From: an uncultured Eubacteriales bacterium
Lineage (GTDB): Bacteria; Bacillota; Clostridia; Christensenellales; CAG-917
Assembly (NCBI GenBank): GCA_900322215.1
Contig: ONYW01000005.1
Coordinates: 1-63,222 of the forward strand
DNA length: 63,222 nt
Reading direction: 5' to 3'
The position numbers and the translations under genes are program-made. The notes beneath the pieces are model-generated. The model was not told the DNA's origin. It searched no databases and was given only the letters and a program-made list of their open reading frames with translations. Shown here in pieces: positions 27,906-38,286 of this stretch (its first letter is position 1; the number at the start of each line of letters is the position of its first letter).

Positions 27906-28028
27906 ATGTTTTTTATCAAAAACATAATAAAAAACGAAAACCTTAATCTTGCGACTAAGGTTTTCTGTGGCTAACCCTTCCATTTTAGCTAACACTTTGC
28001 CCGTAATTATTTTCCCAAAATCAATATT

Positions 28029-28310
28029 TCACCTCTTTATGCTTTGTAAAAATTCGGCTATATCTGCATCTATACAAATAGATCTCTCTTGAATTTGGTC
28101 GGGGCAAATAGCCTCGCCGTAGTTGATGCAAATATAGGTTGCATTCTCATTGGCATAGGTCATGCGCCAAAACGGGTACTTGATAATAGCCGGAGTGTTT
28201 CCACCTACGCCAAGTTCGAGAAGGACAATCTTTTTATCGGCGTATTTATTCACAAAACCATAGTATCGTTCGCTTGCCTTGTGCCAACCTTCATCTTCGA
28301 CAAAGGTATG
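28029..28310 (-). pseudogene. C-terminal fragment of a Sir2-family (SirTM-like) NAD-dependent protein
   Basis: FVEDEGWHKASERY and VLLELGVGGNTP.IIKYPFWRMT..N..ATYICIN motifs; no N-terminal half upstream. Confidence 0.75.
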
Positions 28311-28426
28311 AGCAAATGTCAATAATTTTAAATAAAAGCAACAAAATGAAAGATAATGCTTATCTGGGATAATGAAATACAACCACATCATGTTCGCACT
28401 TCCCGACTTTTTGATTTGCCGCTATT

Positions 28427-28942
28427 TTATTCCTTTGTTTCCTCGTCTTTCGTCTTTTTCTCCGTCAACAGTTTCTCGATTTGTGACTGCTTGGCAAGGA
28501 TTGAGTTCACCTTATCGTAAAGATCCTCAATCATGATCTCGGTTTTCAGGTTGACCTTATAATCGTTTTCCGCACGACGACGATCTTTTTCCTCCTGACG
28601 GTTCTGACTCATCATAATCAGCGGAGCCTGAATGGCTGCAACACAGGACAAGACAAGATTCAGAAGAATAAATGGATAGGGGTCAAATGCTTTTGTCGCA
28701 AGAATTGCGTTGATGACCATCCACAGAACCAGCACACCTGCAAACGAAAATATAAACGCCCAGCTGCCCGCAAATTTCGCAATGGTGTCAGCTGCCCGTT
28801 GCCCGAGTGTGTATTTTTCCTTTTCCTTTTCGGGACTGACGGAAATTTTACTGTCCGACAAAAGATTCAGAACCTCCTCATCTGTCATATCTTGTCGGAT
28901 CTCATTCAGTACTTCCTGTAATAACTTTCTGTTTTCCTTCAT
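28427..28942 (-). CDS. DUF1003-family membrane protein
   Basis: GQRAAD.IA.FAGSW.FI and FDPYPFILLNLVLS.VAAIQAPLIMMSQNRQ...DR motifs. Confidence 0.9.
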   Translation of the reverse strand: MKENRKLLQEVLNEIRQDMTDEEVLNLLSDSKISVSPEKEKEKYTLGQRAADTIAKFAGSWAFIFSFAGVLVLWMVINAILATKAFDPYPFILLNLVLSCVAAIQAPLIMMSQNRQEEKDRRRAENDYKVNLKTEIMIEDLYDKVNSILAKQSQIEKLLTEKKTKDEETKE

Positions 28943-29412
28943 AATTTCTTCCCCTTATTTAATAAATTATTGCTGTTTTCCGCCATGGTTGCTCCTCCTT
29001 CTGTCGGGCATAAAAATACGTATACATTATAACATATTTTAGCGTGAAAATCAAGTATTGAACGTGACAAAATTGTCCGTTTCATACACCTTTTCACGTG
29101 TTTCGGGGTTCAAATCCTTCCAACCCGTACTTTTTTGGTGTTCTTTGCAGAGCAAAGAAACGCAAAAAGTATACCAGCATTTTCGACCGTTTTCGCGTTC
29201 TGATAACAAAAAATCGGGCTCCGCTGCAGCCGGTTGACCGCATTGGAGCCCGAAAATGCCTGTTTTTGCCCGTTTTTTGCCTGAAATGCTAAAAGAAACG
29301 CCCTTTGTCTTGGTAGACAAAAGACGTTTCTTTTATGTCTTTCTTTCACAAAATAGCTGTCATCGTTTTGGGCTTATTCGGCATTCTATTTTCCCAAAAT
29401 AATGATGAATGC

Positions 29413-29805
29413 TCACGCATTGCTTCTATCGCACCAACTCGGCGTTGTTTTGCCAAACGCTCTTCTCAAATATCTAAACAGAGAAAGCACGAATGGTTTT
29501 ATCTTTTCGGGTAAATCATTTATGTTCAATAGATATACTTCATTGTTATTTTCCCAATGATTTACATCTATCTCGTTCGTGTCATACCTATATCTAATCC
29601 TATATCCTTTATCCTCAACTAATACGCCACATTCAAGACTACAAGGCAAATTGTTTTGAGATATTATTTTGAATGTAAACCAATCTTTATAGTTTTTGGA
29701 AAAATTTTGGGAAAAACAGAAAAAAGTTACAAGAAAAGACGATAAGTCGTCAGTTCGAGTCTTGCGAGTTCGGTGAAAAGTCAAAATGACAGCTATAAAA
29801 TGCAA
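29413..29805 (-). CDS. Hypothetical protein or gene fragment (start uncertain)
   Basis: AT-rich ORF, protein-like only in its C-terminal part. Confidence 0.3.
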   Translation of the reverse strand: MHFIAVILTFHRTRKTRTDDLSSFLVTFFCFSQNFSKNYKDWFTFKIISQNNLPCSLECGVLVEDKGYRIRYRYDTNEIDVNHWENNNEVYLLNINDLPEKIKPFVLSLFRYLRRAFGKTTPSWCDRSNA

Positions 29806-29936
29806 TCATTTTGTCCAAGTGTAAAAACGAATAAATATTGAAAACATATATTAGATTATACGAAAAAATTGCAATAAAAAAGGCGGATTTGCATAAAATC
29901 CGTCTTTTTTATTCGTGACAGCTATTTCGTCACTAA

Positions 29937-31463
29937 TCATGGCGCCCCATTGGTGAAATTAGACAACTCATTTATAATAAATGAAAAAGCAGAGTCAGAC
30001 TGGCTCTGCCTTTCAATAGATTTTGTTGTCTTTACATCAAACGATACTGGCTCGCTATGATCAGAGAAATTGTATGTAATAATGAGTTTATCTTCAAAGA
30101 AGATAATTTCTCGAATAAATGTATTCACAATCATCTTTCTGAACTCAAACGAATTTGATTGATTTTGTATCTTTGATTTGATGTATTCTTTGACTTGCTC
30201 TTTTGTCAAATACATTTGGTTACGTGCTTTTTCTTTTGCAATTTCATACTCCAGTTGATTCAATTCTTTTTCAAGCTCTTGCAATCTGATTTTTGTTTGC
30301 TCCGTGATGATGCCTTGTTCAAGTGCTGAAATGAGGTTGTTCGCGGCATTTTGGGCTTTGGTTTTTCTACTCTCCAGTGCTTTGAGTTGAGAGTTGTCTT
30401 TTGCTGTTTTCTCCAATGTGCTGTAAACGGAGTTTGCGATTTTATCAATAACAGAGTCGTTCGTTAAGAACCCTAACGTCGTATTGATAACAAGATTTTC
30501 AAGATAATCTTTTTGGACTGATGTTGTCGTGCAATTGCCGCCGTGCTTATGAGATGTGCAAACATAATAATAGTGAACGCGTTTTGCCCTACAAGAACCG
30601 CTTGCGCCACTCATTTTCTTGTGGCATACACCACAAACCAATTTGCCTGTGAGAATATACTCATAAACAGCTTTTCTGCTACTTGGGTTGATTTTATTAT
30701 CTTCGTGAATCATTTTTATCTTTTGCCATAGTTCGTCCGAGATAATCTGCGGATATACTTTGTCATAAGCAATGCCGTTGTGAATAACTTTGCCCGTATA
30801 TTTCAATTTATGCAACAATTTAAATACCGTTTTGTGATCCATAAACTTGTCATTGTTATATCTGAGTCCGCGTTCTTTCAAAGACTCTGCAATTTCAATT
30901 GCCGTGAATCCTTGGGAGTATTTTGTAAATATCTCTTGAATTATGGTTGCCTCCCTTTCGTTTATTACATATTTTTTATTGATAATGTCGTATCCAAATA
31001 CTTTTGGACCGCCTGTTGCGTTGCCTTTGAGCCAACTCTCATTGAGACCACGGCGGACTTTTTGTGTGAGTTCTTCAGAAAAATATTGGTTCATTCCTTC
31101 AAGGAAGCACTCCATCATTCTGCCCTCGGGGGAATCCGTGATGTTTTCCATTGCGGAGACAAGTTTGACTCCATTGTCTTGCAAACGCTTTTTGTTGATG
31201 ACGGATTCGTATTTGTTTCGTGCGAATCTGTCTAACTTATAAACAATGACATACGTCCATTTTTGTTTTTCACTGTCATGAATCATTTTTTGAAATGCCG
31301 GACGATTGTCATTGGTGCCGGACATGGCTCGGTCTATGTATGCGTCAACTACCAAAATGTCGTTTTGTTTTGCATAGTCTTGGCACACTCTAAGCTGCCC
31401 TTCAATAGATTGCTCTGTTTGGCTGTCGCTGGAATATCTTGCGTAGATAACTGCTGTTTTCAT
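29937..31463 (-). CDS. Large serine recombinase (integrase)
   Basis: AVIYARYSS catalytic Ser, DR..SGT..NRPAFQKM, VYKLDRFARN, recombinase domain, zinc ribbon LTGKLVCGVC..YYVC, coiled coil; AAGGAGG RBS. Confidence 0.96.
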   Translation of the reverse strand: MKTAVIYARYSSDSQTEQSIEGQLRVCQDYAKQNDILVVDAYIDRAMSGTNDNRPAFQKMIHDSEKQKWTYVIVYKLDRFARNKYESVINKKRLQDNGVKLVSAMENITDSPEGRMMECFLEGMNQYFSEELTQKVRRGLNESWLKGNATGGPKVFGYDIINKKYVINEREATIIQEIFTKYSQGFTAIEIAESLKERGLRYNNDKFMDHKTVFKLLHKLKYTGKVIHNGIAYDKVYPQIISDELWQKIKMIHEDNKINPSSRKAVYEYILTGKLVCGVCHKKMSGASGSCRAKRVHYYYVCTSHKHGGNCTTTSVQKDYLENLVINTTLGFLTNDSVIDKIANSVYSTLEKTAKDNSQLKALESRKTKAQNAANNLISALEQGIITEQTKIRLQELEKELNQLEYEIAKEKARNQMYLTKEQVKEYIKSKIQNQSNSFEFRKMIVNTFIREIIFFEDKLIITYNFSDHSEPVSFDVKTTKSIERQSQSDSAFSFIINELSNFTNGAP

Positions 31464-31806
31464 TTGGGTTTACCTCCTTTGATTTGTCTTTCGACGGGAA
31501 CCAGAGGTATCGGGAAAACCGCAGTCGGTCAAGGAACCCCAGAAAAAGAATGATTATGGTCAATTCTCAATCAGTCCAGCACATTGTTTTTCTCCTTTAC
31601 CGCAAGGTTTTCTCGATAAACTTTCCCCAAAGAAAGATAAATCGTATTTTGTTTTATTTATGAAAACAAGGTTATCAACAATTTTTGCTTTTGAAAAGGT
31701 ACTCAAAGTGTAATAAAAGTATACCAATGTTTTTTCTAACGTATACACGCTTGGGACGATAATGGGACATGGCGTATACCGTAGGTATAAACATTCAAAA
31801 ATACTA

Positions 31807-31835
31807 TTGACAAATGCTTATGCACAGCATATAAT
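31807..31835 (+). promoter_or_regulatory. Consensus sigmaA promoter
   Basis: TTGACA-17 bp-TATAAT exact match. Confidence 0.85.
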
Positions 31836-32081
31836 TGCAGCACAATTGATCACGGTGAGACCAGATCTGATAGTGGAAATAGATACATCCCGAGAAGTGT
31901 TGAATTGTGCATGGTATTAAGAGTGAGATGCGCCGGTTTACGGGCCCGCCGCCATGAAAGAAAGGGAGTTGACCGTGGCTATCAGGATAATTTTCGAGAG
32001 AATCGAAATTTTTCCTGCTAGCCGCGGTTTTTATATTCTCGATCCTCTCGAATCGAAATAAACGACAAAGGAGGTGAGAAT

Positions 32082-32375
32082 ATGACGATTCAAGCAGTGC
32101 GAGAGGATTTGAGAGAAATCCGCTATTATTTCATGTGCAAAAGACGTTTGGAAGATCATGCAGAACTTGCCGGAAGCACTTATGTTGTTGAGCTTGTTGA
32201 AAGATACAACTCGGCAATGCAAAAAGCTCCTATAAGGCTCTATGACCTCTATGCGTCTTTGTATCTTGAAAACAACACGCAAGAAGGTTTGGCGGAAAAG
32301 TGGTGCTACTCAAACGAGTATATCAAAGTGTTGTGCAAAAAATTGCATCGGTATTTGGCGTCTGCCATAGTGTAG
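32082..32375 (+). CDS. Small putative transcriptional regulator (sigma-region-4-like C-terminus)
   Basis: AAGGAGGTG RBS; LY..LYLENNTQEGLAEKW.YS..YI resembles an HTH. Confidence 0.65.
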   Translation: MTIQAVREDLREIRYYFMCKRRLEDHAELAGSTYVVELVERYNSAMQKAPIRLYDLYASLYLENNTQEGLAEKWCYSNEYIKVLCKKLHRYLASAIV

Positions 32376-32397
32376 GGTTTGCATTGTCTCGAAGGAG

Positions 32398-32601
32398 GTG
32401 ATGTATATGGAGAACTGCAAAACTACCAAGAGCAGAACACGCCGAGAGTTAGCCGTTGTAGTTGTTAGCCCTCCGAACATCAAGAATATGTCCAAGAAGG
32501 ACTATGACATCTTCATTTCAACTTTGGCGCAGATGATAAGTGATGACCAGACGAAACAGCCATCCCCCTTTTTAGCAGAGGAGGACGACAGCCATGATTG
32601 A
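32398..32601 (+). CDS. Small hypothetical protein (start uncertain)
   Basis: AAGGAGGTG near the start; its end overlaps the start of rep. Confidence 0.55.
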   Translation: MMYMENCKTTKSRTRRELAVVVVSPPNIKNMSKKDYDIFISTLAQMISDDQTKQPSPFLAEEDDSHD

Positions 32602-33358
32602 GAAAGCAAAAATATATAATGACGGAAATCATTTCATAGCAATACCAAAAACAGCTGCACCAAATAGACGACGTAAACACGGTGACAAAAAAGAACACAC
32701 AGAGGAAGAACAAAGAGAACTAGACAGGCGAAGTCTCCTTGTGAGGAAGATTCGGTTTATACGAAAGGCGTATCTCAATAGGTTTAACTATTTTGCGACT
32801 TTCACTTATGATGACAAACTTCATATGGAGGCATCGTTCAAGAAAAAGTTATTGTCTGCACTTTCAAAGCTACACACCAGAAGGGGTTGGAAATATATGG
32901 GTGTATGGGAGCGTGGTTCAAAAGGAAGGTTGCACTTCCACTCGCTGATTTATGTGCCAAACGGCGCAATGATAGGCGAACTATTTGAGAAGAGGGATTA
33001 TGATACAAAAAACCATAAAATGCGTTTAACCATACAAAACACATACTTTAACTCCCGTTTTGGGAGAAGCGACTTTGTGAGCATAGACCGTGAGATACCG
33101 ATACTTTACAACGGAGTTCTGCGATATTTGTTGAAGTATATAACAAAGACAGACGAGAGGATAACCTATTCTCGAGGACTGCCGACATATCTTGTTGCGG
33201 ATATTGCAGAACGCGATGTAATTGCTGAAATGGGGATATGGGCGCAAAAGCTACTTCTCTTTGATGACGCAGTTTTGTATGATGAAGGAGAGATGCTTGG
33301 GCAACTTGATGATGAAGAACTACTGGCAACTTTAACGCAAAGCAAACGGCAACCATAA
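32594..33358 (+). CDS. Rolling-circle replication initiator (HUH endonuclease)
   Basis: Motif I FATFTY, motif II WERG..GRLHFHSL (HUH), motif III YLLKYITK. Confidence 0.85.
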   Translation: MIEKAKIYNDGNHFIAIPKTAAPNRRRKHGDKKEHTEEEQRELDRRSLLVRKIRFIRKAYLNRFNYFATFTYDDKLHMEASFKKKLLSALSKLHTRRGWKYMGVWERGSKGRLHFHSLIYVPNGAMIGELFEKRDYDTKNHKMRLTIQNTYFNSRFGRSDFVSIDREIPILYNGVLRYLLKYITKTDERITYSRGLPTYLVADIAERDVIAEMGIWAQKLLLFDDAVLYDEGEMLGQLDDEELLATLTQSKRQP

Positions 33359-33385
33359 AGGCGAAGGCATCCGAGAGCAAAAACA

Positions 33386-33520
33386 AAAAGAATGGGGCCT
33401 GCTCCGCAAGCGGTTTAGCGCGGACAGCCCCATTTTGTTTTTCTCGGATTTCGCCGTGTGGATGCCGCTTTGCGTGTCCTTGTCTCGGCGCGACGCAGTC
33501 GCGACGACTTGTTCAAGACA
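33386..33520. other. Candidate double-strand origin (GC-rich hairpins downstream of rep)
   Basis: aatgggg..ccgc...gcgg..ccccatt stem and cgcgac-gca-gtcgcg hairpin. Confidence 0.4.
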
Positions 33521-33540
33521 AGGACACATCTTATGGACAA

Positions 33541-34206
33541 TTACATCAATTCTTTAAGATATTCTTGATAGTATTCAAAGAACTCAACTACATTTGTGGC
33601 GGGCTTACATTGTGACGGTGTTTTGCCTGTATGTATATCCAGTAATTTATTTGCATTTTTGATTGCACTACCTATTGTGCCGTTGCCAACAACTAGTTTT
33701 ACGGCAATATTCTTATCGTTTTTTTCGTAAGATTCCCCAAGATATTTGCCGAGTTTATCAAAGTATTGCTCTCGAGATATGTCTGTATTCATATACTCAA
33801 AATGTAGTAAAAACCATAGTTCAATACATTCATTAGACCACAACGCATGATATCTTGCCTCGCCTTTCTTTTTATTAAAAGCGCGAACCTTTTGAACCGC
33901 ATTGTCAAAATTATCTTTTTCAAAATCGTCTTTATCAAAGACAATCCATATGTGTTGATAACTCTCCAAATCCGACCTGTCTTCCAAATGTTTTATCATT
34001 TTTTGTGGATCAACCGGATCTGACTCGACGTCAAAATTGACACCTGTTTGTTTTGGATAATTGTCTTTAATAATCTTCGCGATACTATCAAAATAATTCT
34101 TCTCTGTTCGCACTCCGCAACAAATTATTAAATTGTTCAAACCAATAGGAATTGAACCGCCACGCCGTGCTTTTATGTTCCAATCATGTGAATTAGGGCG
34201 CGTCAT
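33541..34206 (-). CDS. RloB-family protein (TOPRIM-like)
   Basis: LIICCG.RTEKNYF, IWIVFDKDDF, WSNECIELWFLLHF and P.TNV motifs. Confidence 0.88.
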   Translation of the reverse strand: MTRPNSHDWNIKARRGGSIPIGLNNLIICCGVRTEKNYFDSIAKIIKDNYPKQTGVNFDVESDPVDPQKMIKHLEDRSDLESYQHIWIVFDKDDFEKDNFDNAVQKVRAFNKKKGEARYHALWSNECIELWFLLHFEYMNTDISREQYFDKLGKYLGESYEKNDKNIAVKLVVGNGTIGSAIKNANKLLDIHTGKTPSQCKPATNVVEFFEYYQEYLKELM

Positions 34207-34208
34207 AA

Positions 34209-35435
34209 TTATGCCTCCCACTTTTGTATTTTTTCAAAATATGGGTCCGCACCATATCGCCCTGCCAAGTATTGTTTACTATAAGACGCATCAGTGCGCA
34301 CAAGCTCGCCGCTTTCATCTCGTATATCGGACAAAGAATACAACATTGTGTTTTCGCTTTGATCTTTTGCTGCAAACCATATTTCGTCTCTTCTAAACAC
34401 CTTATTGTTCATTGTTGATAAGTCGTGTGAAGTAAACAATAATTGAGCGCCGTTTTTATTGTGCTTTTTATCCGTATAAAGAGAAATAACACGCTCTAAC
34501 ATTTTTGGATGTAATTTGGCGTCTAATTCGTCTATCATAAGAACTCCGCCCCTGCTTAAGCTGTCTATAATATATGGCAACAAATTGAATAGTTTTTGTG
34601 TACCCATAGACTCTTGCTGTAAGAACAAATTATATCGCTTATTGTTTACATTATGATATGTGACAATTTGGAGTTGTTGATTTGCATTGTTGTTAATAAC
34701 ATTCATATCAAAATCATCTATATCCAAATTAAGATATTTCAACATGTTTTTCATGGTTGCCTTTAATTGCGGATTTTGAGCATGCAATAATAGTGTTGCT
34801 TTAAGCATTTCTTCCATAGCAGGCGTTCCATAGTCAATAGTCGGTGACGCTATCATCCAATCGGTTATTTCTTTTATTGGCGAAATACCATATAGTTGTC
34901 TCAAAAAAGACAATGCGGGCATATCGGCGGCAATAACTGCTGTTTTAGGGACAGAAACTTTTAGCTTTTCCCCAACTGTAAGTGTTGTATTATTGCGTTC
35001 ATAAAGTGTAATAATCCTACCTGCTGCCTTTTTTTCTTGAAGGCACTCATAGATGATTAAAGCTCCTTGACATTCCATATAAAGTTTATAGTCAGATTCT
35101 CCAAGGTGAACTACCAATTCAAAAACGGTTGGCTTATTTCTTGAATCGTCATCCAACAAAAATGGAATCGGCACGGGCTTTTGGATTATGCCGACAAATG
35201 GCAAATTTAATGTGCCCATTTGAAATAATGGAGCAGTTATCATTGCGCAAAACATATTAAGCGCTTGCAAAACAGTGGATTTGCCTCCACCATTTGGACC
35301 ATATATAACCGAGACTGGTAAATATTCGTTTTGAATTAGTGAATCTTTGTGCTCGTTTATATTGACACGTCTCATGTCAAGACAAACTTTTTCTCTAATA
35401 CTCTGAAAATTTTCTACGCTAAATTGAACTAACAT
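34209..35435 (-). CDS. AAA_21-type ABC-like ATPase (RloA/AbiL-type partner of RloB)
   Basis: F.VENFQSI, IYGPNGGGKS, ESMGT.KL, MIDELDAKLHP, QLLFTSHD, RRDEIWF and YL.GRYGADP motifs. Confidence 0.92.
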   Translation of the reverse strand: MLVQFSVENFQSIREKVCLDMRRVNINEHKDSLIQNEYLPVSVIYGPNGGGKSTVLQALNMFCAMITAPLFQMGTLNLPFVGIIQKPVPIPFLLDDDSRNKPTVFELVVHLGESDYKLYMECQGALIIYECLQEKKAAGRIITLYERNNTTLTVGEKLKVSVPKTAVIAADMPALSFLRQLYGISPIKEITDWMIASPTIDYGTPAMEEMLKATLLLHAQNPQLKATMKNMLKYLNLDIDDFDMNVINNNANQQLQIVTYHNVNNKRYNLFLQQESMGTQKLFNLLPYIIDSLSRGGVLMIDELDAKLHPKMLERVISLYTDKKHNKNGAQLLFTSHDLSTMNNKVFRRDEIWFAAKDQSENTMLYSLSDIRDESGELVRTDASYSKQYLAGRYGADPYFEKIQKWEA

Positions 35436-35672
35436 TTTGCACCTCTTTTCTAATATTATATGCAAAATCGCGAATTTCTACGCATTTTGCGAGATTTTTT
35501 CTCGTAGAATTAGTATAAATCATAAAATTGGGGATGTCAATATAATTTTAGTATTTTCATATTATTTGTTTGTTGATTGCTTGTAAAACGAGATAATCCC
35601 ATAATAAGCGAACATTGACACATGTATGGTGTTATGTTATAATTTTTTTAATCAAATATATAAGGATAAAAT

Positions 35673-37169
35673 ATGTATTTTTCTGAATACTTTAAGGTTA
35701 ATAAACAAAAGGTTCGCGAATACGGTGCGATTGATATTAATTTGGTGTGCGATTTACCATTGTTTATTGATCCAATGTTAATTTTTAACAGCGAAAAACC
35801 GGAATATAAAGAGCTCCACGAACAAATAATTAAATATTTTCATTTTTTAGCACAAAAATCAGTATCTGGTTTTACAGATGGGGAGCTTCGCACATATTTT
35901 AATTTTAGCGAAATCAAAAATAATTGGCTTGGATATTCTAAAACAGGTAATGCGGGAAACGGGAACGGGAAAGCATTTTCAGTGTTTTTTGCACAAAATA
36001 TACGGTTTGCACTACAAACTCACAATATAAGCGCAGGCATACACTTTGAAAAAGCATTATTATTGTTTGATGGTAATGGGCGCGACAAAATCAGTGATTT
36101 AACCACACATTTAATTTTGGATTATTTGGCCCAATATACACAAGCATTTGCTATTAAAAATATTGATGATAAATATCTTGGGAAGTTCTTTTTGGAATCC
36201 AATTTCAACTATCAAACCGAAAGTTTTGTAAGCACAGAATACATCTTACCATATATAATCAATGACAAAGGGAACCCTGAATTTATTCTTTTAACCCCTA
36301 AAGATATATTGCGCAAAGAAGAGCCTACAATCAATAAGAAAGATTTTGAAAGGCGCTATGATGATATTCGAAATATCATAGACAATTCTGCCATTCGAAG
36401 TCAATTGAACAATTATATTGCAAAAGCCGTTTCAGAATATGAAAAAGCTTGTCAAGCCGAACAGAAAAAGCCAAAAGCTTCTGAAATAACAAAAATCGAA
36501 AAGCGCTCATTTATGGAGGCTTTAAGCTTTATTCCTGAATTATATGATTATTATGTAAAATTAAAAGAAGCGGAGAAGACTTTTGTAATAGATGAGGCAT
36601 TTAACGAGACCATTGAACAACTAGACAAATTTTATACTGCGTCACAGTCTTTAATTCACTTGTTTCACTCACATATTCATGAGAGAGCGACAGGATTATC
36701 AGCTCGAGAAGAGTCAAAACAAAGAATAAAATGGTATAAGCATATTATTGAAGATTGTGATGGCTATAAAAATCTATATTATAATAACCTACCGATAGCA
36801 ACAGAAGATGATTTGCAAAGGTTGTTCCGATTTGTTTGGTATGGTACGGACTTTGATGTAAATTACGAAACAAATAATGGACGAGGCGAATCAGATATAA
36901 AAGTATCGTTTGGGGCAAAAGACAAAAATATCATAGAATTTAAATTAGCCAGCAATCCGAGACTATCTCATATCTTTGATCAAGTAAAAGTATATGAAAA
37001 TGCCAACCAATGTAGCGATAGTCTTTATGTGATATTCTATTTTTCACAAGAAGAATATTTTAAGGTAAAAAAAATGATTGCCGACACGCACATGGGCTCT
37101 AAAATAGATGATAGCATTTTTCTTGTTGATTGCAGAGAAGACAACAAAACATCGGCGTCTCGCATATAG
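35673..37169 (+). CDS. Hypothetical protein with C-terminal PD-(D/E)xK nuclease-like motif, candidate defence gene
   Basis: E.DLQ.LF...ETNNGRGESDIKVS.....IIEFKLA...QVKVY; TTGACA..TATAAT promoter upstream. Confidence 0.7.
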   Translation: MYFSEYFKVNKQKVREYGAIDINLVCDLPLFIDPMLIFNSEKPEYKELHEQIIKYFHFLAQKSVSGFTDGELRTYFNFSEIKNNWLGYSKTGNAGNGNGKAFSVFFAQNIRFALQTHNISAGIHFEKALLLFDGNGRDKISDLTTHLILDYLAQYTQAFAIKNIDDKYLGKFFLESNFNYQTESFVSTEYILPYIINDKGNPEFILLTPKDILRKEEPTINKKDFERRYDDIRNIIDNSAIRSQLNNYIAKAVSEYEKACQAEQKKPKASEITKIEKRSFMEALSFIPELYDYYVKLKEAEKTFVIDEAFNETIEQLDKFYTASQSLIHLFHSHIHERATGLSAREESKQRIKWYKHIIEDCDGYKNLYYNNLPIATEDDLQRLFRFVWYGTDFDVNYETNNGRGESDIKVSFGAKDKNIIEFKLASNPRLSHIFDQVKVYENANQCSDSLYVIFYFSQEEYFKVKKMIADTHMGSKIDDSIFLVDCREDNKTSASRI

Positions 37170-37205
37170 CAACATTATATGTGAAATTTTTTGTGTTGTA
37201 TAATA

Positions 37206-37496
37206 TTATAAACTGTTCAAGAAGTCGTTGAGGAGAGAAAGTTGAGTGGGAGAAAGGTCTTCCACTCTATTTTTTTGTTGGGGTGGAAGGTCTTGGGGAC
37301 CGAAGAATTGCTCGAGAGTGATGCCGAGGGCGTCGCAGATGTAGGCAAGATATTCGACCGTCGGAGACTTCTCCCCGCGTTCAAGTTGATAGATATACGT
37401 CGGAGACACGCCGGCAAGATTGGCAAGCGCATTTTGAGACCAGCCCTTTCTTTCGCGTAGCATTTTTATACGCAATCCAAGTTCTCTTTTTTCCAT
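37206..37496 (-). CDS. XRE-family HTH regulator (possible controller of the RM genes)
   Basis: IKMLRERKGWSQNALANLAGVSPTYIYQLERGEKSPT; GGAGG RBS; repeated AACTAT/ATAGTT boxes in the divergent intergenic region. Confidence 0.92.
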   Translation of the reverse strand: MEKRELGLRIKMLRERKGWSQNALANLAGVSPTYIYQLERGEKSPTVEYLAYICDALGITLEQFFGPQDLPPQQKNRVEDLSPTQLSLLNDFLNSL

Positions 37497-37632
37497 AAAA
37501 CCACGACCTCCGAGATAGAACTATAGTTATAGTTTATGCTCAAAAGTGCGATGATATTAAAACTATGGTGTTGTATTATTCAAACTATTGTGTTATAATT
37601 TGAAAACAATAGTTTAATTTCGGACAATTTTT

Positions 37633-38286
37633 ATGAACGATAGTAAAAACTCACAAATCAAGTCAAAAGAGCGCGTAGCGGAGCGCGGCGAAGTGTTTAC
37701 AAACGAGCGCGAAGTTAAGGCTATGTGCGACCTAGTCAAAGACGAGACGGAGCGCATAGACAGCAGATTTTTGGAGCCTGCGTGCGGAAACGGCAACTTT
37801 CTTGCGGAGATACTCACGAGAAAACTCGCGGTTGTGGAAAAGTCGTACGGCAAGAACCTCGCGGACTATGAAAAATACAGCCTTGTCGCCGTGTCCAGCA
37901 TATACGGCGTGGACATAATGGCGGACAACGCCGAAGAGTGCCGCGAAAGGATGCTGTCTATTTGGGAGACCGCATACAAAAAAATGTTTAAGTCTTCCCC
38001 GACCTTTGACGAGTGCAAAAAAGCCGCCACTTTCATACTCTCTCGCAACATACTGTGCGGAGACGCTTTGACGCTCCTTGACGACAAGGGCGAGCCGATA
38101 GTCTTTTCGGAGTGGTCGCTTGTGGGCAACAACGTAAAGCGCAGAGATTTCACTCTTGCAAACCTCTTGCAAACGCAATCGTATTATGAACTCCCGCTCT
38201 TTGAAGACGTAGAGGACGTCGCAATCCCGCGTCCTGTAAAAGAGTTTGCCCCAATACATTTCAGGAAGGTATATCAAGATGAGTGA
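37633..38286 (+). CDS. Short N6-adenine methyltransferase-like subunit (SAM-binding half)
   Basis: GEVFT and FLEPACGNGNFL (motif I), IYGVDI, NILCGDAL; no NPPY motif. Confidence 0.85.
   Translation: MNDSKNSQIKSKERVAERGEVFTNEREVKAMCDLVKDETERIDSRFLEPACGNGNFLAEILTRKLAVVEKSYGKNLADYEKYSLVAVSSIYGVDIMADNAEECRERMLSIWETAYKKMFKSSPTFDECKKAATFILSRNILCGDALTLLDDKGEPIVFSEWSLVGNNVKRRDFTLANLLQTQSYYELPLFEDVEDVAIPRPVKEFAPIHFRKVYQDE

Noticed and set aside
29050-29350. Insertion-sequence end or transposase remnant
   Set aside because: It looks foreign but has no transposase motif or matching inverted repeat
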